Below are positions 31,318-40,715 of a stretch of DNA of 64,000 nt, in pieces. Made by a program: the position numbers and the translations under genes. Numbering within the stretch: position 1 is the first letter of the stretch; each line of letters starts with the position of its first letter. Origin of the DNA: a virus; the IMG/VR virus record IMGVR_UViG_3300008448_012223; one strand, 5' to 3'. The notes beneath the pieces were generated by a model. The model ran no database searches and was not told where the DNA came from. It saw only the letters and a program-made list of their open reading frames with translations.

Positions 31318-32421
31318 TTACCTTACTACGGTAACATTCTCAGTGAGTAGAGCTCTAGTAGATAAGCCATTAACTTCCTTCTCTAGGAGAAGTATAGATA
31401 TAGCCTTATCTCCTATTATAAAGGCTCTAACAGTAAGTTGGATAGGTCCCTCTCCTCGTAGGACTGTTGTAAGATCACAGGCCCGCAGATTAATAGAGGC
31501 CTCACCAGTAATAGTGCACGGTATAGAAGCGGGCTCCCCTGCACCCTGCACCAGTAAATTATTATTAGTGAAGTGCAGTTGTATGGCCTGCCCCACACTG
31601 GCTCCTGTACTCTGCCAATTGATAGCACCCAGTAGTAATCGAGTATCGATTGTAGTTGATGCACGGAACTCAGCATCAGGTGCTCTATCGAAGTGGGGTA
31701 TCTTATCTGCTTCCTTACCGGTGAGTATAGTGAGGGAGCCCCGCGCGCTATCTAATATTAGTCGACGAGGAGCGCGGCCCACTGATAAGGTGAGGGGGCT
31801 CTCTAGATAAGATACTAACTGAAGCTGACGGGAGGTCAGATTAGCAGACCAACGAGCAATTGGGTTATCAGCCCACGATACCTGTACATAAGCACTAGCT
31901 GCTACACGACGGGTAAGAGAGCAGCCATCAGGCGTGATATCCAGACGTATGTGATTCTCCTTACTCTTATAGTCAGTTATGAGTCGCATAGCCCCGGCTA
32001 TCAGATTACTATCTAGTATACCCTCGCTCTCTAGTACCACAGGAGTAGCAGGAGAGCCACTATAGATAGGAGTAGAGTTAGTACCATACGCACCTAGTCT
32101 ATAGACTATCTTATCCTCTTCTATATCGATAACAAGCGAGGTAGGTGTACCCATACGACAAGTTAGATTAAGGAGGGGCCCGCCAGGTACTAGGATATCT
32201 GCATCATCTGCCTGCACTGGTAGTTTGAGTATTAGGCTATGAGAGCCCAGGTGATTACCACTCAGTTGCATTTGTCCTTTACCTATAGTCATACGCACAC
32301 AAGATGCGTCAGCTCGCGGGCTGTCTTTATCTAGACAGGACACTACTGCCTTTAATGCGGCTACGTACTGAGGTATATTAATTTGGGCTACCGATACCGT
32401 CATTACCGTCATCATCTTCAC
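31318..32421 (-). CDS. putative beta sliding clamp (DnaN-like)
   Basis: 367 aa with a beta-rich repeated pattern, located near the clamp loader and polA. Confidence 0.55.
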   Translation of the reverse strand: MKMMTVMTVSVAQINIPQYVAALKAVVSCLDKDSPRADASCVRMTIGKGQMQLSGNHLGSHSLILKLPVQADDADILVPGGPLLNLTCRMGTPTSLVIDIEEDKIVYRLGAYGTNSTPIYSGSPATPVVLESEGILDSNLIAGAMRLITDYKSKENHIRLDITPDGCSLTRRVAASAYVQVSWADNPIARWSANLTSRQLQLVSYLESPLTLSVGRAPRRLILDSARGSLTILTGKEADKIPHFDRAPDAEFRASTTIDTRLLLGAINWQSTGASVGQAIQLHFTNNNLLVQGAGEPASIPCTITGEASINLRACDLTTVLRGEGPIQLTVRAFIIGDKAISILLLEKEVNGLSTRALLTENVTVVR

Positions 32422-32950
32422 TAGAATCTGTATTGAGTGAAGAGAAGTCTAGGATATCCATATTATCACCGTCGAGGGTAATGCCCTGACTGACTAGATC
32501 TTCTATGACCTCTCTTTTCCTATTTTTTGCGTAGCTTTCAGTATAGCTATTAAGCACATGCACAGCCCGCCCTGCTCGACCTAGGAACTTATCCATCTTC
32601 TCCTTATTTAACGTAGCGTAGTTAAAGGCGGCCCTGTACTCTAAGACTATAGCTACATCATTTAGGTCATGTTTTATATAGGTATAGAGATAGCCAAAGT
32701 CTAACACTAGGGCCATATGCTCAGACATAACCAACATATCCGCATGACTCATTGGGTTAAACTGTACCCATTCGTAACGAAACTCACCGATACCGGTATC
32801 ACTTACGATATCCAAATAAGTCCTATCATTAATAGCTACCTGCTGAGCAAAATCGTCTGTTAGTGGGAAGTTACTTAATGAAGCCTCGATGGCCTTCATG
32901 GGGTTATATAGCCTCAGTAATTGTAATAGTTTATCCATTAATGTGACCAA
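32378..32950 (-). CDS. hypothetical protein
   Basis: ORF downstream of polA. Confidence 0.55.
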   Translation of the reverse strand: MVTLMDKLLQLLRLYNPMKAIEASLSNFPLTDDFAQQVAINDRTYLDIVSDTGIGEFRYEWVQFNPMSHADMLVMSEHMALVLDFGYLYTYIKHDLNDVAIVLEYRAAFNYATLNKEKMDKFLGRAGRAVHVLNSYTESYAKNRKREVIEDLVSQGITLDGDNMDILDFSSLNTDSSEDDDGNDGIGSPN

Positions 32951-33819
32951 TAGCGGTGTATATTTGGCTTAGCCCGACATGGTATATCGGAGCCCAGCAC
33001 ATCCTTAAGTATATAGTTACCTGCGCTCTCCATCTGATATAATGCAGCAGCGGCATAACGTTGTGCCAGCATAAACTCATCGAGCTGCTGACCAGTATAG
33101 TAGTCCTGATCCAAGATAGGTACTACTCGAGAGTTAACTACTTGCCATGCCACATAGCCCGGCACTAGTAGATTGATTTCATCGTGAGTAGCGTTGATAA
33201 TACTGGCCCGCCGTTCTCCTGCATCTATAGTCTCTATGGCCTGCCTTACTCGCGGTAGCGAGATCTTCAGCATCTCACTACCTGAGCTCTGGATAACAGA
33301 ATTAACTGCCTTTCGCCGCGTAGTACTCTTACCAGCTATACCCTTAGCATTATCCTCATTGACATTGATGAAGCGGCCCATAGCGCTACGAACCCATCGA
33401 GTACGAGAACATAGGCTCCCCGTAATCTCAATCCAGGTATAGAGGCCATGGAAACCTGTGAAGTATTGCTTGAGTAAGCGACCTGCCTCCTTGTCATCAC
33501 AATTGAGGTCTGCTGCTAAACTACTAGCGCTACCACCATATATCACCTTGAAGTTCATAATCTTACCCTTCTTCCGCCAGGGCGAGATGACAGGATCATC
33601 TGCACTCACAGTCCAGGGCTCGTGTGTCATGCGCCTCTCTATATCCTTATTCAGGAACGTACTAGCGACTAGGTGCTGATCTACCTTGGGGTCAGTATAA
33701 GTTAGACCCTCAGGCGATAGGGGGAGGGGTCGTATACCTCTATGGTACTCATCTTCGAGTACGTAAATCTCTGTAATAGCAGAATCCTTACTGAAGGCCC
33801 CCGCCAATCTTAACTCTTG
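32938..33819 (-). CDS. polA: family A DNA polymerase, C-terminal part, exon 2
   Basis: Starts QELR (second half of motif A); motif B RKKGKIMNFKVIYG; AVNSVIQSSG; motif C THDEI. Confidence 0.85.
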   Translation of the reverse strand, partial: QELRLAGAFSKDSAITEIYVLEDEYHRGIRPLPLSPEGLTYTDPKVDQHLVASTFLNKDIERRMTHEPWTVSADDPVISPWRKKGKIMNFKVIYGGSASSLAADLNCDDKEAGRLLKQYFTGFHGLYTWIEITGSLCSRTRWVRSAMGRFINVNEDNAKGIAGKSTTRRKAVNSVIQSSGSEMLKISLPRVRQAIETIDAGERRASIINATHDEINLLVPGYVAWQVVNSRVVPILDQDYYTGQQLDEFMLAQRYAAAALYQMESAGNYILKDVLGSDIPCRAKPNIHRYWSH

Positions 33820-34326
33820 CCTCCGCTGTCACGGATGGACCATCTCTTCACCATCTCTACTAGGTTTAGGTGTTCCACGTATGGTCTCTACACGGTAACA
33901 CGTCTATCAATGGGTAGTAGCCCTACTGACGTGTTACTCGCTCGGGATTGGGAGAGAGTCCTTTCCCCGAGTTAGTGGAATATTACCTTGCCGGTTTCCT
34001 AGCAAGCGAGCCAAATTTATCTCTCTTTCTATATAGACAGATACATGCATCATACTGATTTTTAAATGGATATAATCCCAAGAACCAGCAAACTCGTTTA
34101 AGTCCCTTCGACCACTACTAATAACATAACTTGGCTTTATCCAACGCCTTACCAATAAGGCTTAGAGTTAATCCAGACTAGGGAAGTATCTGGAAGTCTG
34201 TAGCAATTAGCAGCTCAATGGTCTATTCACCTCTTACGTCCTCAGAATTGGTTCTGGCAATCCTCGTCATGAAAGGGGCGAGGTTAGTGATGTCGATGTC
34301 TATATCTGTCTATGGACAGTTAGCTA
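33820..34326 (-). ncRNA. group I intron (507 nt) in polA motif A
   Basis: 5' exon ends in U and intron ends in G; splicing restores DFSS-QELR; IGS TTTGGCTCG (34015-34007) pairs with CGAGT|CAAG; P3 TTCCAC/GTGGAA, P4 CTCGGG/CCCGAG, P6a 10 bp, P7 GACCAT/ATGGTC, P9 TCCGT-GACA-GCGGA. Confidence 0.92.
34054..34291 (-). ncRNA. ORF-less IsrB-type omegaRNA (HEARO-like) inserted in the intron P1 loop
   Basis: Colinear similarity to 60470-60681: ATCACTAACC start, GACTTCC..ATACTTCCCTAGT..GGATTA.CTCTAAGC.TTATTGGTAA.GCGTTG, GAAGGGACTT; followed by ATGA. Confidence 0.85.
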
Positions 34327-34407
34327 ACTCGAGAAGTCTACGCTTACCCATGCATAGCCCGGTGGGGCCTGCAGAGCAAAGCGACTATTCATCTTTATTT
34401 TCGTCAT
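34327..34407 (-). CDS. polA: family A DNA polymerase, C-terminal part, exon 1
   Basis: MTKIKMNSRFALQAPPGYAWVSVDFSS matches the R..F.AP.G..lvsaD(F/Y)S pattern of motif A. Confidence 0.8.
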
Positions 34408-34537
34408 GTCTATATTGACTGAGGTCTATTACTCTAACCCTACCAGTATTAACATCATATAATAATGCCGTATCCCTCTCAGAGGGATAACGGTTGGTTA
34501 GTATACGCCGTAATCGTTTACTACTAATTGTCTTCAA
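34385..34537 (-). CDS. 50-aa ORF filling the gap between the two polA parts
   Basis: TTG start 9 nt after AGGAGG; open for 50 codons; overlaps both polA parts. Confidence 0.55.
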   Translation of the reverse strand: MKTISSKRLRRILTNRYPSERDTALLYDVNTGRVRVIDLSQYRHDENKDE

Positions 34538-35798
34538 ACAATCTATCCTCCTCTATATCTACTATTAGCTCAACATTACTAATCTGCTGTGCATTGAATT
34601 TATTAGTATCTCCACTACTAGAACTACTCATACGGCCTGTACTGGTGCCGATGGTCTGGTAACGGGCGTGGACATTACCTGTACGCGGGTTAATCAGGGC
34701 CGCCCAGTTAGTACTAACCATCTTGGTCAGTTTCTTATACCGCAGTAGATCTGATATAACCTGAATACCCAGGTCGCGTATACCCTCTTCACTAGTAGCG
34801 CCATCCTCGTCATCCTCGCTATCTAGTTCTCGCAGCACTGTTTCTAGTGTCTTCTGCTGCAGGTTATCTAGCTCAACGGGTAGGAGCTTCTGGATACGAC
34901 TCACTAGGGCAGTGGGGTTATTCAGTAGGGCTGTTATCTTATCAGGTACTACTAGAGTCACCTGAGGGGCCCCCGAGTTCCAATCGACTACCTGATCTAC
35001 GCTGAAGTCGAAGTGAGCACTCATGCGCAGCTTATAATTATCTAGCTCTGATTGAGCTGTACTCAGAAAGCTGCGCATGACATTCATGTTAATAGGCAAT
35101 CCATCCCATTCCATGCGCGCTATCTCCATAAAGGCGGCCTGGTCTATCTCTTCTACTTGAGGCATCTCATAGGTATAGAGTAGTTCATTACGTAGTAGAG
35201 CATAGGCCTCTAGCAGGAGGCTAGTGTAATTAGAATTACGAGGGGCCCCTACATCTAGAGCGGCGTACTGTAATTGAGCGGGTGTTAACTCACCTGACCA
35301 GTCACTACTAGCGAGTTCCTTATTCAGAGGAGTATCCAGTATATCGCGTACTAGACTACCATAAGAATAGCCTCTAGTACGGCCCGCCTTGAATCCAGTA
35401 GCAGCGCCTATCTGTTGAAATAGCACCATAGCGCAGTATAGATTATTAGGCCATACGCCCCACGTAGCTTGCGTTACTAGGGCTTCGAAGCGTGCGTTGA
35501 AGCAGACCTTCCTGACACTACTATCAAGCCATATGTCCCGTATCTCAGTGGGCCAGTCTAGGGCGCGGAGATCAACCACATACGGTATTGCATTACCAGG
35601 CCAGTTAATTTGTAGCAGGCGGGCTACTAACGTATGGGGATCTAGTGCACTAGCCTGGGGCCCCCACGTTTCTACATCTGCATAGGTTTCATAATCCATA
35701 GCGAGTAGGGGGCGGCCCCCTAGTTCTAATAGTAGTGCATCTAGCTCCTCTCGAGTAGTGATATACTCTAGGTCAATTAGATCAGTATTAACTCTCAT
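34524..35798 (-). CDS. polA: family A DNA polymerase, N-terminal part (3'-5' exonuclease plus thumb/palm start)
   Basis: MDYET (ExoI), FNARFE (ExoII), YAALDV (ExoIII), QTIGTSTGRMSS. Confidence 0.85.
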   Translation of the reverse strand: MRVNTDLIDLEYITTREELDALLLELGGRPLLAMDYETYADVETWGPQASALDPHTLVARLLQINWPGNAIPYVVDLRALDWPTEIRDIWLDSSVRKVCFNARFEALVTQATWGVWPNNLYCAMVLFQQIGAATGFKAGRTRGYSYGSLVRDILDTPLNKELASSDWSGELTPAQLQYAALDVGAPRNSNYTSLLLEAYALLRNELLYTYEMPQVEEIDQAAFMEIARMEWDGLPINMNVMRSFLSTAQSELDNYKLRMSAHFDFSVDQVVDWNSGAPQVTLVVPDKITALLNNPTALVSRIQKLLPVELDNLQQKTLETVLRELDSEDDEDGATSEEGIRDLGIQVISDLLRYKKLTKMVSTNWAALINPRTGNVHARYQTIGTSTGRMSSSSSGDTNKFNAQQISNVELIVDIEEDRLFEDN

Positions 35799-36442
35799 AC
35801 ACCACTCGAGCCGAAGCCGCGGGGGCCCCGCGCAGTAGCACCTAAGTCAAATTCATCTCGTACGAGATAATTAGATAAGTCTCCCATATCGGCTACCAGT
35901 TCGAATGTGAATTGGGCAATACGGGCCCCATCACCGAATAGGTGAACATTGCAACTTCTATTCTCTAGTAGCGCTATGATCTCCCCTGCGTATGTCTCCA
36001 TATCATCGAGGCCGGGCGTATTAACTACACTAATACCGCACTTAGCTAATCCTGAGCGGGGCTGGATACGACCAATACGCACTAGGCGACCTATACCCAC
36101 CTCCACTAACTTATCCTGAGTTTCTTCAGGCAAACCAGGCGAGGTCACATAGAAGCCTGTATGGACAGGGACAGATTGACCTGGCAGCAGGACATAGAAG
36201 CCCTTCTCATCGAGTAGGCATGTCTCTAGTGTATCTTTTATATGGTCATGCTCTACGAGACTCCCATTAACGAATAGATCACACTCAGACTCTAACAACG
36301 CTCTCTGTAGTGATAGATTCTTCAGGAGACACTCAGTTACGAACTTATGCTCTTCTGTGAGGCGGGCCTTAAGATCATACCCACCATCCCGACTATTATT
36401 CTTAGTAGGGAGATAACGGTCTGCGGTAACGAATGTTTTCAT
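35795..36442 (-). CDS. dut: dUTPase (trimeric type)
   Basis: GYDL, PRSGLA, G..D..YAGEI, RIAQ, RGPRGFGSSG. Confidence 0.9.
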   Translation of the reverse strand: MKTFVTADRYLPTKNNSRDGGYDLKARLTEEHKFVTECLLKNLSLQRALLESECDLFVNGSLVEHDHIKDTLETCLLDEKGFYVLLPGQSVPVHTGFYVTSPGLPEETQDKLVEVGIGRLVRIGRIQPRSGLAKCGISVVNTPGLDDMETYAGEIIALLENRSCNVHLFGDGARIAQFTFELVADMGDLSNYLVRDEFDLGATARGPRGFGSSGV

Positions 36443-36496
36443 AAGAAAAAGACCTGTCTAGACAGGTCAAGTAATAAGTAAGAATAAGGATTATAT

Positions 36497-36706
36497 CTAG
36501 GCTGAACTATCTCGGTGTTTACCCATACCAAAGGCTCCCATGGAGCCTGCGGCGAGATCACGAAATATGTTCATTGCCATTTCGATACTCTGTGTCTGCT
36601 CTGGACTAATAGGACGATAAGTACTAAAAACAGCAAGAAATAAAGCGCATGAAGCACAAATTAATGCTAGGTAGAATGCAAGAGTAGTATCAGAAATGCG
36701 AGGCAT
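36497..36706 (-). CDS. small membrane protein
   Basis: Hydrophobic N-terminal helix. Confidence 0.5.
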   Translation of the reverse strand: MPRISDTTLAFYLALICASCALFLAVFSTYRPISPEQTQSIEMAMNIFRDLAAGSMGAFGMGKHRDSSA

Positions 36707-36708
36707 AG

Positions 36709-37380
36709 TTAATAACGCGATAGGACGTGTTGGATAATGGCATGACGTTGAATATCCTCTGGTTCGAAGCGTATTATACCTACGTCATCAAGGCCCACAA
36801 ATCTACGTAGCGCATCAGCTAGACCATTAGGTGCGCTAAGCTCTCCTAGATCGGCCTGTCCCAAATCGCCTATTACTACTACCTTACTGTTCTCAGCAAC
36901 ACGAGTTAATACTGCCTTGAGTCCATTGATAGATATGTTCTGGGCCTCATCTACTATGATTAGCGAGTTCCGAAAGGAGCGCCCCCTAATGAGACTAACT
37001 ACTGTAGGAATAATATGCTCATTCTCGATAACGGCCTTAGCATCTCCCTCACTCATGAAGGTTATTAGATTATCCAGCACAGGCGCCGCGAGGGGCCATA
37101 TCTTCTCTAGTAGAGAGCCCTTGAGATAACCGACATCACGCTCATCCTTAACACCAACATTAGGACGTACGTATATAATTCTCTCTAGTCCATTCTCAGG
37201 CGCATTAATCATAGTAATAGCAGTATGAAGTGCAAGTAGCGTCTTACCGCATCCTGGCACCCCATCGGCTATGGTTATTGTATTGCGCTTGATGTTCTTA
37301 ACAAATGCGCGCTGGTTTTCTGTAGCTGGGCGAATGAGAGTATGCGTACGGAAGATGGGGCCTGCGTTGTTTCTTCGCAT
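36709..37380 (-). CDS. phoH: PhoH-family ATPase
   Basis: GVPGCGKT, GYLKGSLLEK, IRGRSF, DEAQN, GDLGQAD. Confidence 0.92.
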   Translation of the reverse strand: MRRNNAGPIFRTHTLIRPATENQRAFVKNIKRNTITIADGVPGCGKTLLALHTAITMINAPENGLERIIYVRPNVGVKDERDVGYLKGSLLEKIWPLAAPVLDNLITFMSEGDAKAVIENEHIIPTVVSLIRGRSFRNSLIIVDEAQNISINGLKAVLTRVAENSKVVVIGDLGQADLGELSAPNGLADALRRFVGLDDVGIIRFEPEDIQRHAIIQHVLSRY

Positions 37381-37437
37381 GATAATGGTTTCAAGACAAC
37401 TACTATCAAGTCATGTGACAGGCCCCGAAGTGTAGGA

Positions 37438-38253
37438 TCAACAACTCACGCCTACGCTTTGGAATTCACGCGCTACAGGTTCTGCAACGAACACGCGATT
37501 GTGAATCATTTGCATCAGGTAGTGCTGTAGGTTATCCTCTGTGTAGGGTAGGCGTACCAGGATTTCATTGCCCAGTGAGTTAGTTAGAGTATGGACTAAG
37601 TGAATCTTATCCACTTCACGGTAGCCTTCTTCGACATAACTGAGGAAGCGATATTCTGACACCTTCACTATACCGTAGTCAACCGACAGTACGTGCTGAG
37701 GCTGTACTTCCACGTCGGACATAACACCCTGATCTGGGCACAGCGAAATAATCCAGTCTAGACTGCCTAGACGCAGAGGTTCGTCATTCTGTGTAACCAC
37801 AGTACCAGGCGTCACTACATTATGCCACTGGCCATTGTTATTCCAGGACGCGCGCTTATAAAGCACGATGTTACCGTCGTAGGTAAGAGCTACCTCCTTA
37901 CTAGCCACTAGATGTTGTAGATCTGCGGTAATATTCTGGTCGACTGATTGCAACTTAGTCAGAAAATTAAGGATAGGGGTATAGTCGTACCCCTGGTCAA
38001 TGAGCTGACTAAGGCGTTGACTCATACTTCCTGTTAGACGCATATTCTTGAAGTAATACGCGTTATCTAGCCACACAACATTATAGTCAGTAGCGCTTTG
38101 TAGTGGGTGGCTATCAAATTCAAAGGCAGTATTGCGCGCTAGTGCATCAGATAACTGATCAAACAGTGTTGGATAGGTAGGTTTGTCGATAGTAATAACG
38201 CTATCCCCATCGAAAAAGGATAGACTATCACTCAACTGGACATAATTAAACAT
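37438..38253 (-). CDS. rIIB: rIIB-like protein
   Basis: PILNFL..L...LTYDGNIVLYK pattern; directly downstream of the rIIA-like gene. Confidence 0.65.
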   Translation of the reverse strand: MFNYVQLSDSLSFFDGDSVITIDKPTYPTLFDQLSDALARNTAFEFDSHPLQSATDYNVVWLDNAYYFKNMRLTGSMSQRLSQLIDQGYDYTPILNFLTKLQSVDQNITADLQHLVASKEVALTYDGNIVLYKRASWNNNGQWHNVVTPGTVVTQNDEPLRLGSLDWIISLCPDQGVMSDVEVQPQHVLSVDYGIVKVSEYRFLSYVEEGYREVDKIHLVHTLTNSLGNEILVRLPYTEDNLQHYLMQMIHNRVFVAEPVAREFQSVGVSC

Positions 38254-38281
38254 TAGGAATCTCCATTTAGTTTATATTGAG

Positions 38282-40684
38282 TTAAGCAACAACTTGGTCC
38301 AACGGACTAGGCCCTCCCAAGCTATTGCCCTGTACCTTGTAGTAAGCACTAATTAAGGGCATTATAGTATCTACTACTTGGCTTTTAGAGTACTCTAGGA
38401 ATGCACAGGCATCGTAATAACCACCTAGTAGACATTTAAGCCATACTATACAACTATTACTGCCAGCAAATTCATAAAGTCTCTTTACTGCATCACTATC
38501 TGCAGCTATGAAGCCATTGTCTATTAATTGCTGCATAAACATCCAGTAGCCATCATCTATTAGGGCCTGGACATTCTTATTGAAGTGTTCAGGATAGGGA
38601 TAAGTTCTTATAAATGTCTGGATATCAGATAGTGGCCAGTTAGTAGTACGCGCTAGGTATAGGTTATCAGCCCCATATTTTACAGCTAGTTCATTACGTT
38701 TATCCTCAGCCCACGTGTCTATATCGCGCCACTCGGGATAATGGACAGCAATAATCTCAGCCTGTTTAGGTGTTAGATAATATAGATCACTACCATCATC
38801 AGCATAATTCCAGTAAGGATATACACCACAATGTCGACGACTAACACAATACACTGCCTTAGTCGGTAGATCACGATAGTCGACTACAGACAAGTGATTG
38901 TGTATATCCCCAGCATAATAGGAGGTATACGTTTTATTAACTATGCGAATACCGCGCAGGCCGCTTAGTCGTAAAGAATCGGCCCCCTGTTTCTCTTGCT
39001 CCTGCTCCTGCTCCTGCTTTCTCAGCTTTAAAGATTTAATAGGTTTAATTAGGCCTGTTACACTCTGAAAGAAGCGTATATAGGGCCACGTGGTATGGGC
39101 CCGCTCTTCTAAGTCTGTATTAGATAATATATCAGCCCAATCCTCACACTCAGTTACGTCTATCCATAAGATAGGCGTATAATTTGGTATACCACTAGCA
39201 GCGCGAATACTTCTAGCATTATAGTGCCCGCGAGTTACAACTAGTGCTACCTTCTGTATGTCTTCCAGAGTAATGCTACGCGCATAACTTTCTACAACAT
39301 CAGCTGTTTTACAGACAACACAAGTATTAGCATTTAGGCTACTTGGCGCTCGCGAATTATAACGGTTTATATTACGCAGCACACGATAGATATTATACCA
39401 TTTCTCTGCGTTCATGTCATCAGAACAACCTATCAACCGCAGATTTCTATTACTCTTTACTATAAGGTTAGTAGGTAATATAGTATTATCAGCTGGCCCT
39501 GCTGGTTCATCCATAACGTTAATTATAACATTACAGTAGCGTGTACCCCTCCATGTAAAGTACTTATCACCCAGATTCCACTTGTTTATGACACCAGTTG
39601 CTTCGGTTAACGAATCGCACGCCTCTACTTCTGCCTGTCTTCTGTCAACTAGACTTTTGATAGCATTAAGAGATAACTCCTTCAGCTTCTTAATATTAGA
39701 CTCTGACCACGCGAGGGTCTCGCGTTGTGGGGGCAGCTCTAGATAACCTATGGGTACTGGAATGACGATAGAATCAACAACATTGTATGCCCCCTCCCAA
39801 TGAGGATCTATATTGTAGAGATTTCTTATGGAGTACCCCTGTTCTTTTAGATAGGCAGTAATAGTATCAAATACCTTACTATCTGAAATAGTGTAAGGTA
39901 TACCGCCGATAGTAAAGCACAGCAGTGTGTATCTACGATTATAAAAGGCCTTACTAATAAAGGGGCCGGGCGCACCATATTCGTAGTCATAATCATTACG
40001 ATAATCCAATAGGCGACGCGTAGTCTCACCTCCTGTATCCTCAGGATTATAAATATTAGTAACGGCGCGGGACCACATTACTATACTCATAACCTCATTA
40101 TAACACTGACGACGGTTGTGTTGTTCTACGATAGGAATGGCCACACGCGTGCCACTGCTGTCATTGGAGGGTCGACTATTTAATAGAGCAGCAGTAGGCA
40201 TGCCATTATTGAGAGAACAGGCATAGATATACTCTATACCATTATGGATAGTCGTGACTGTAAATTGACTAGCGATAGCATAGGGGCTCTTACTACCCAG
40301 GCCGTATCCGCCGCACTGAATATTATCACCTCGCTTAGTGCTAGTCATAAATGTAAAGAAACCAGGCGCACGTTCAGGACTAATACCGATGCCGTAATCA
40401 CGAATGATGAGCTGGTTAGACTGCACCTCTAGGGGAATTATAGCTGGTAGTGTAATGTCAACGGGGTGGTTAGGGCGTCCTGCCTCGACATTAGCATCGA
40501 CAGCATTAGTGAATATCTCACGTATGACGGCCGTTAGCTTATTAGTATACATGCGGGAGGTCAATACTTCCATTAGGAGGCGCACACCTACCTCATCGGT
40601 AGGGAGCTGATAATTAACTAGACTCACATTAGTATTAACAGTGTCTAGATCCTTACATAATTCCATACAATAAAACCCCTCCAA
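38282..40684 (-). CDS. rIIA: rIIA-like protein (GHKL ATPase N-terminus)
   Basis: MYTNKLTAVIREIFTNAVDA, IRDYGIG, GGYGLGSKSP. Confidence 0.8.
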   Translation of the reverse strand: MEGFYCMELCKDLDTVNTNVSLVNYQLPTDEVGVRLLMEVLTSRMYTNKLTAVIREIFTNAVDANVEAGRPNHPVDITLPAIIPLEVQSNQLIIRDYGIGISPERAPGFFTFMTSTKRGDNIQCGGYGLGSKSPYAIASQFTVTTIHNGIEYIYACSLNNGMPTAALLNSRPSNDSSGTRVAIPIVEQHNRRQCYNEVMSIVMWSRAVTNIYNPEDTGGETTRRLLDYRNDYDYEYGAPGPFISKAFYNRRYTLLCFTIGGIPYTISDSKVFDTITAYLKEQGYSIRNLYNIDPHWEGAYNVVDSIVIPVPIGYLELPPQRETLAWSESNIKKLKELSLNAIKSLVDRRQAEVEACDSLTEATGVINKWNLGDKYFTWRGTRYCNVIINVMDEPAGPADNTILPTNLIVKSNRNLRLIGCSDDMNAEKWYNIYRVLRNINRYNSRAPSSLNANTCVVCKTADVVESYARSITLEDIQKVALVVTRGHYNARSIRAASGIPNYTPILWIDVTECEDWADILSNTDLEERAHTTWPYIRFFQSVTGLIKPIKSLKLRKQEQEQEQEKQGADSLRLSGLRGIRIVNKTYTSYYAGDIHNHLSVVDYRDLPTKAVYCVSRRHCGVYPYWNYADDGSDLYYLTPKQAEIIAVHYPEWRDIDTWAEDKRNELAVKYGADNLYLARTTNWPLSDIQTFIRTYPYPEHFNKNVQALIDDGYWMFMQQLIDNGFIAADSDAVKRLYEFAGSNSCIVWLKCLLGGYYDACAFLEYSKSQVVDTIMPLISAYYKVQGNSLGGPSPLDQVVA

Positions 40685-40715
40685 CGGAGGGGCGGTGTAG
40701 TTGATTAACTGTTGT

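Noticed and set aside
34292-34415. Intron omegaRNA guide targeting polA itself (ATATAGAC+ATGA at 34404-34415)
   Set aside because: Only 8-10 nt match and it needs a 6-nt register shift. The guide is fully explained as the 5' flank of the insertion in the intron hairpin. Kept only as a possible off-target.
34414-34529. T4 gene 60-like ribosomal bypass (AAT take-off before TAG, AAT landing)
   Set aside because: The 110-nt gap is much longer than known bypasses, and an ORF with its own RBS plus downstream ATGs explains the region more simply
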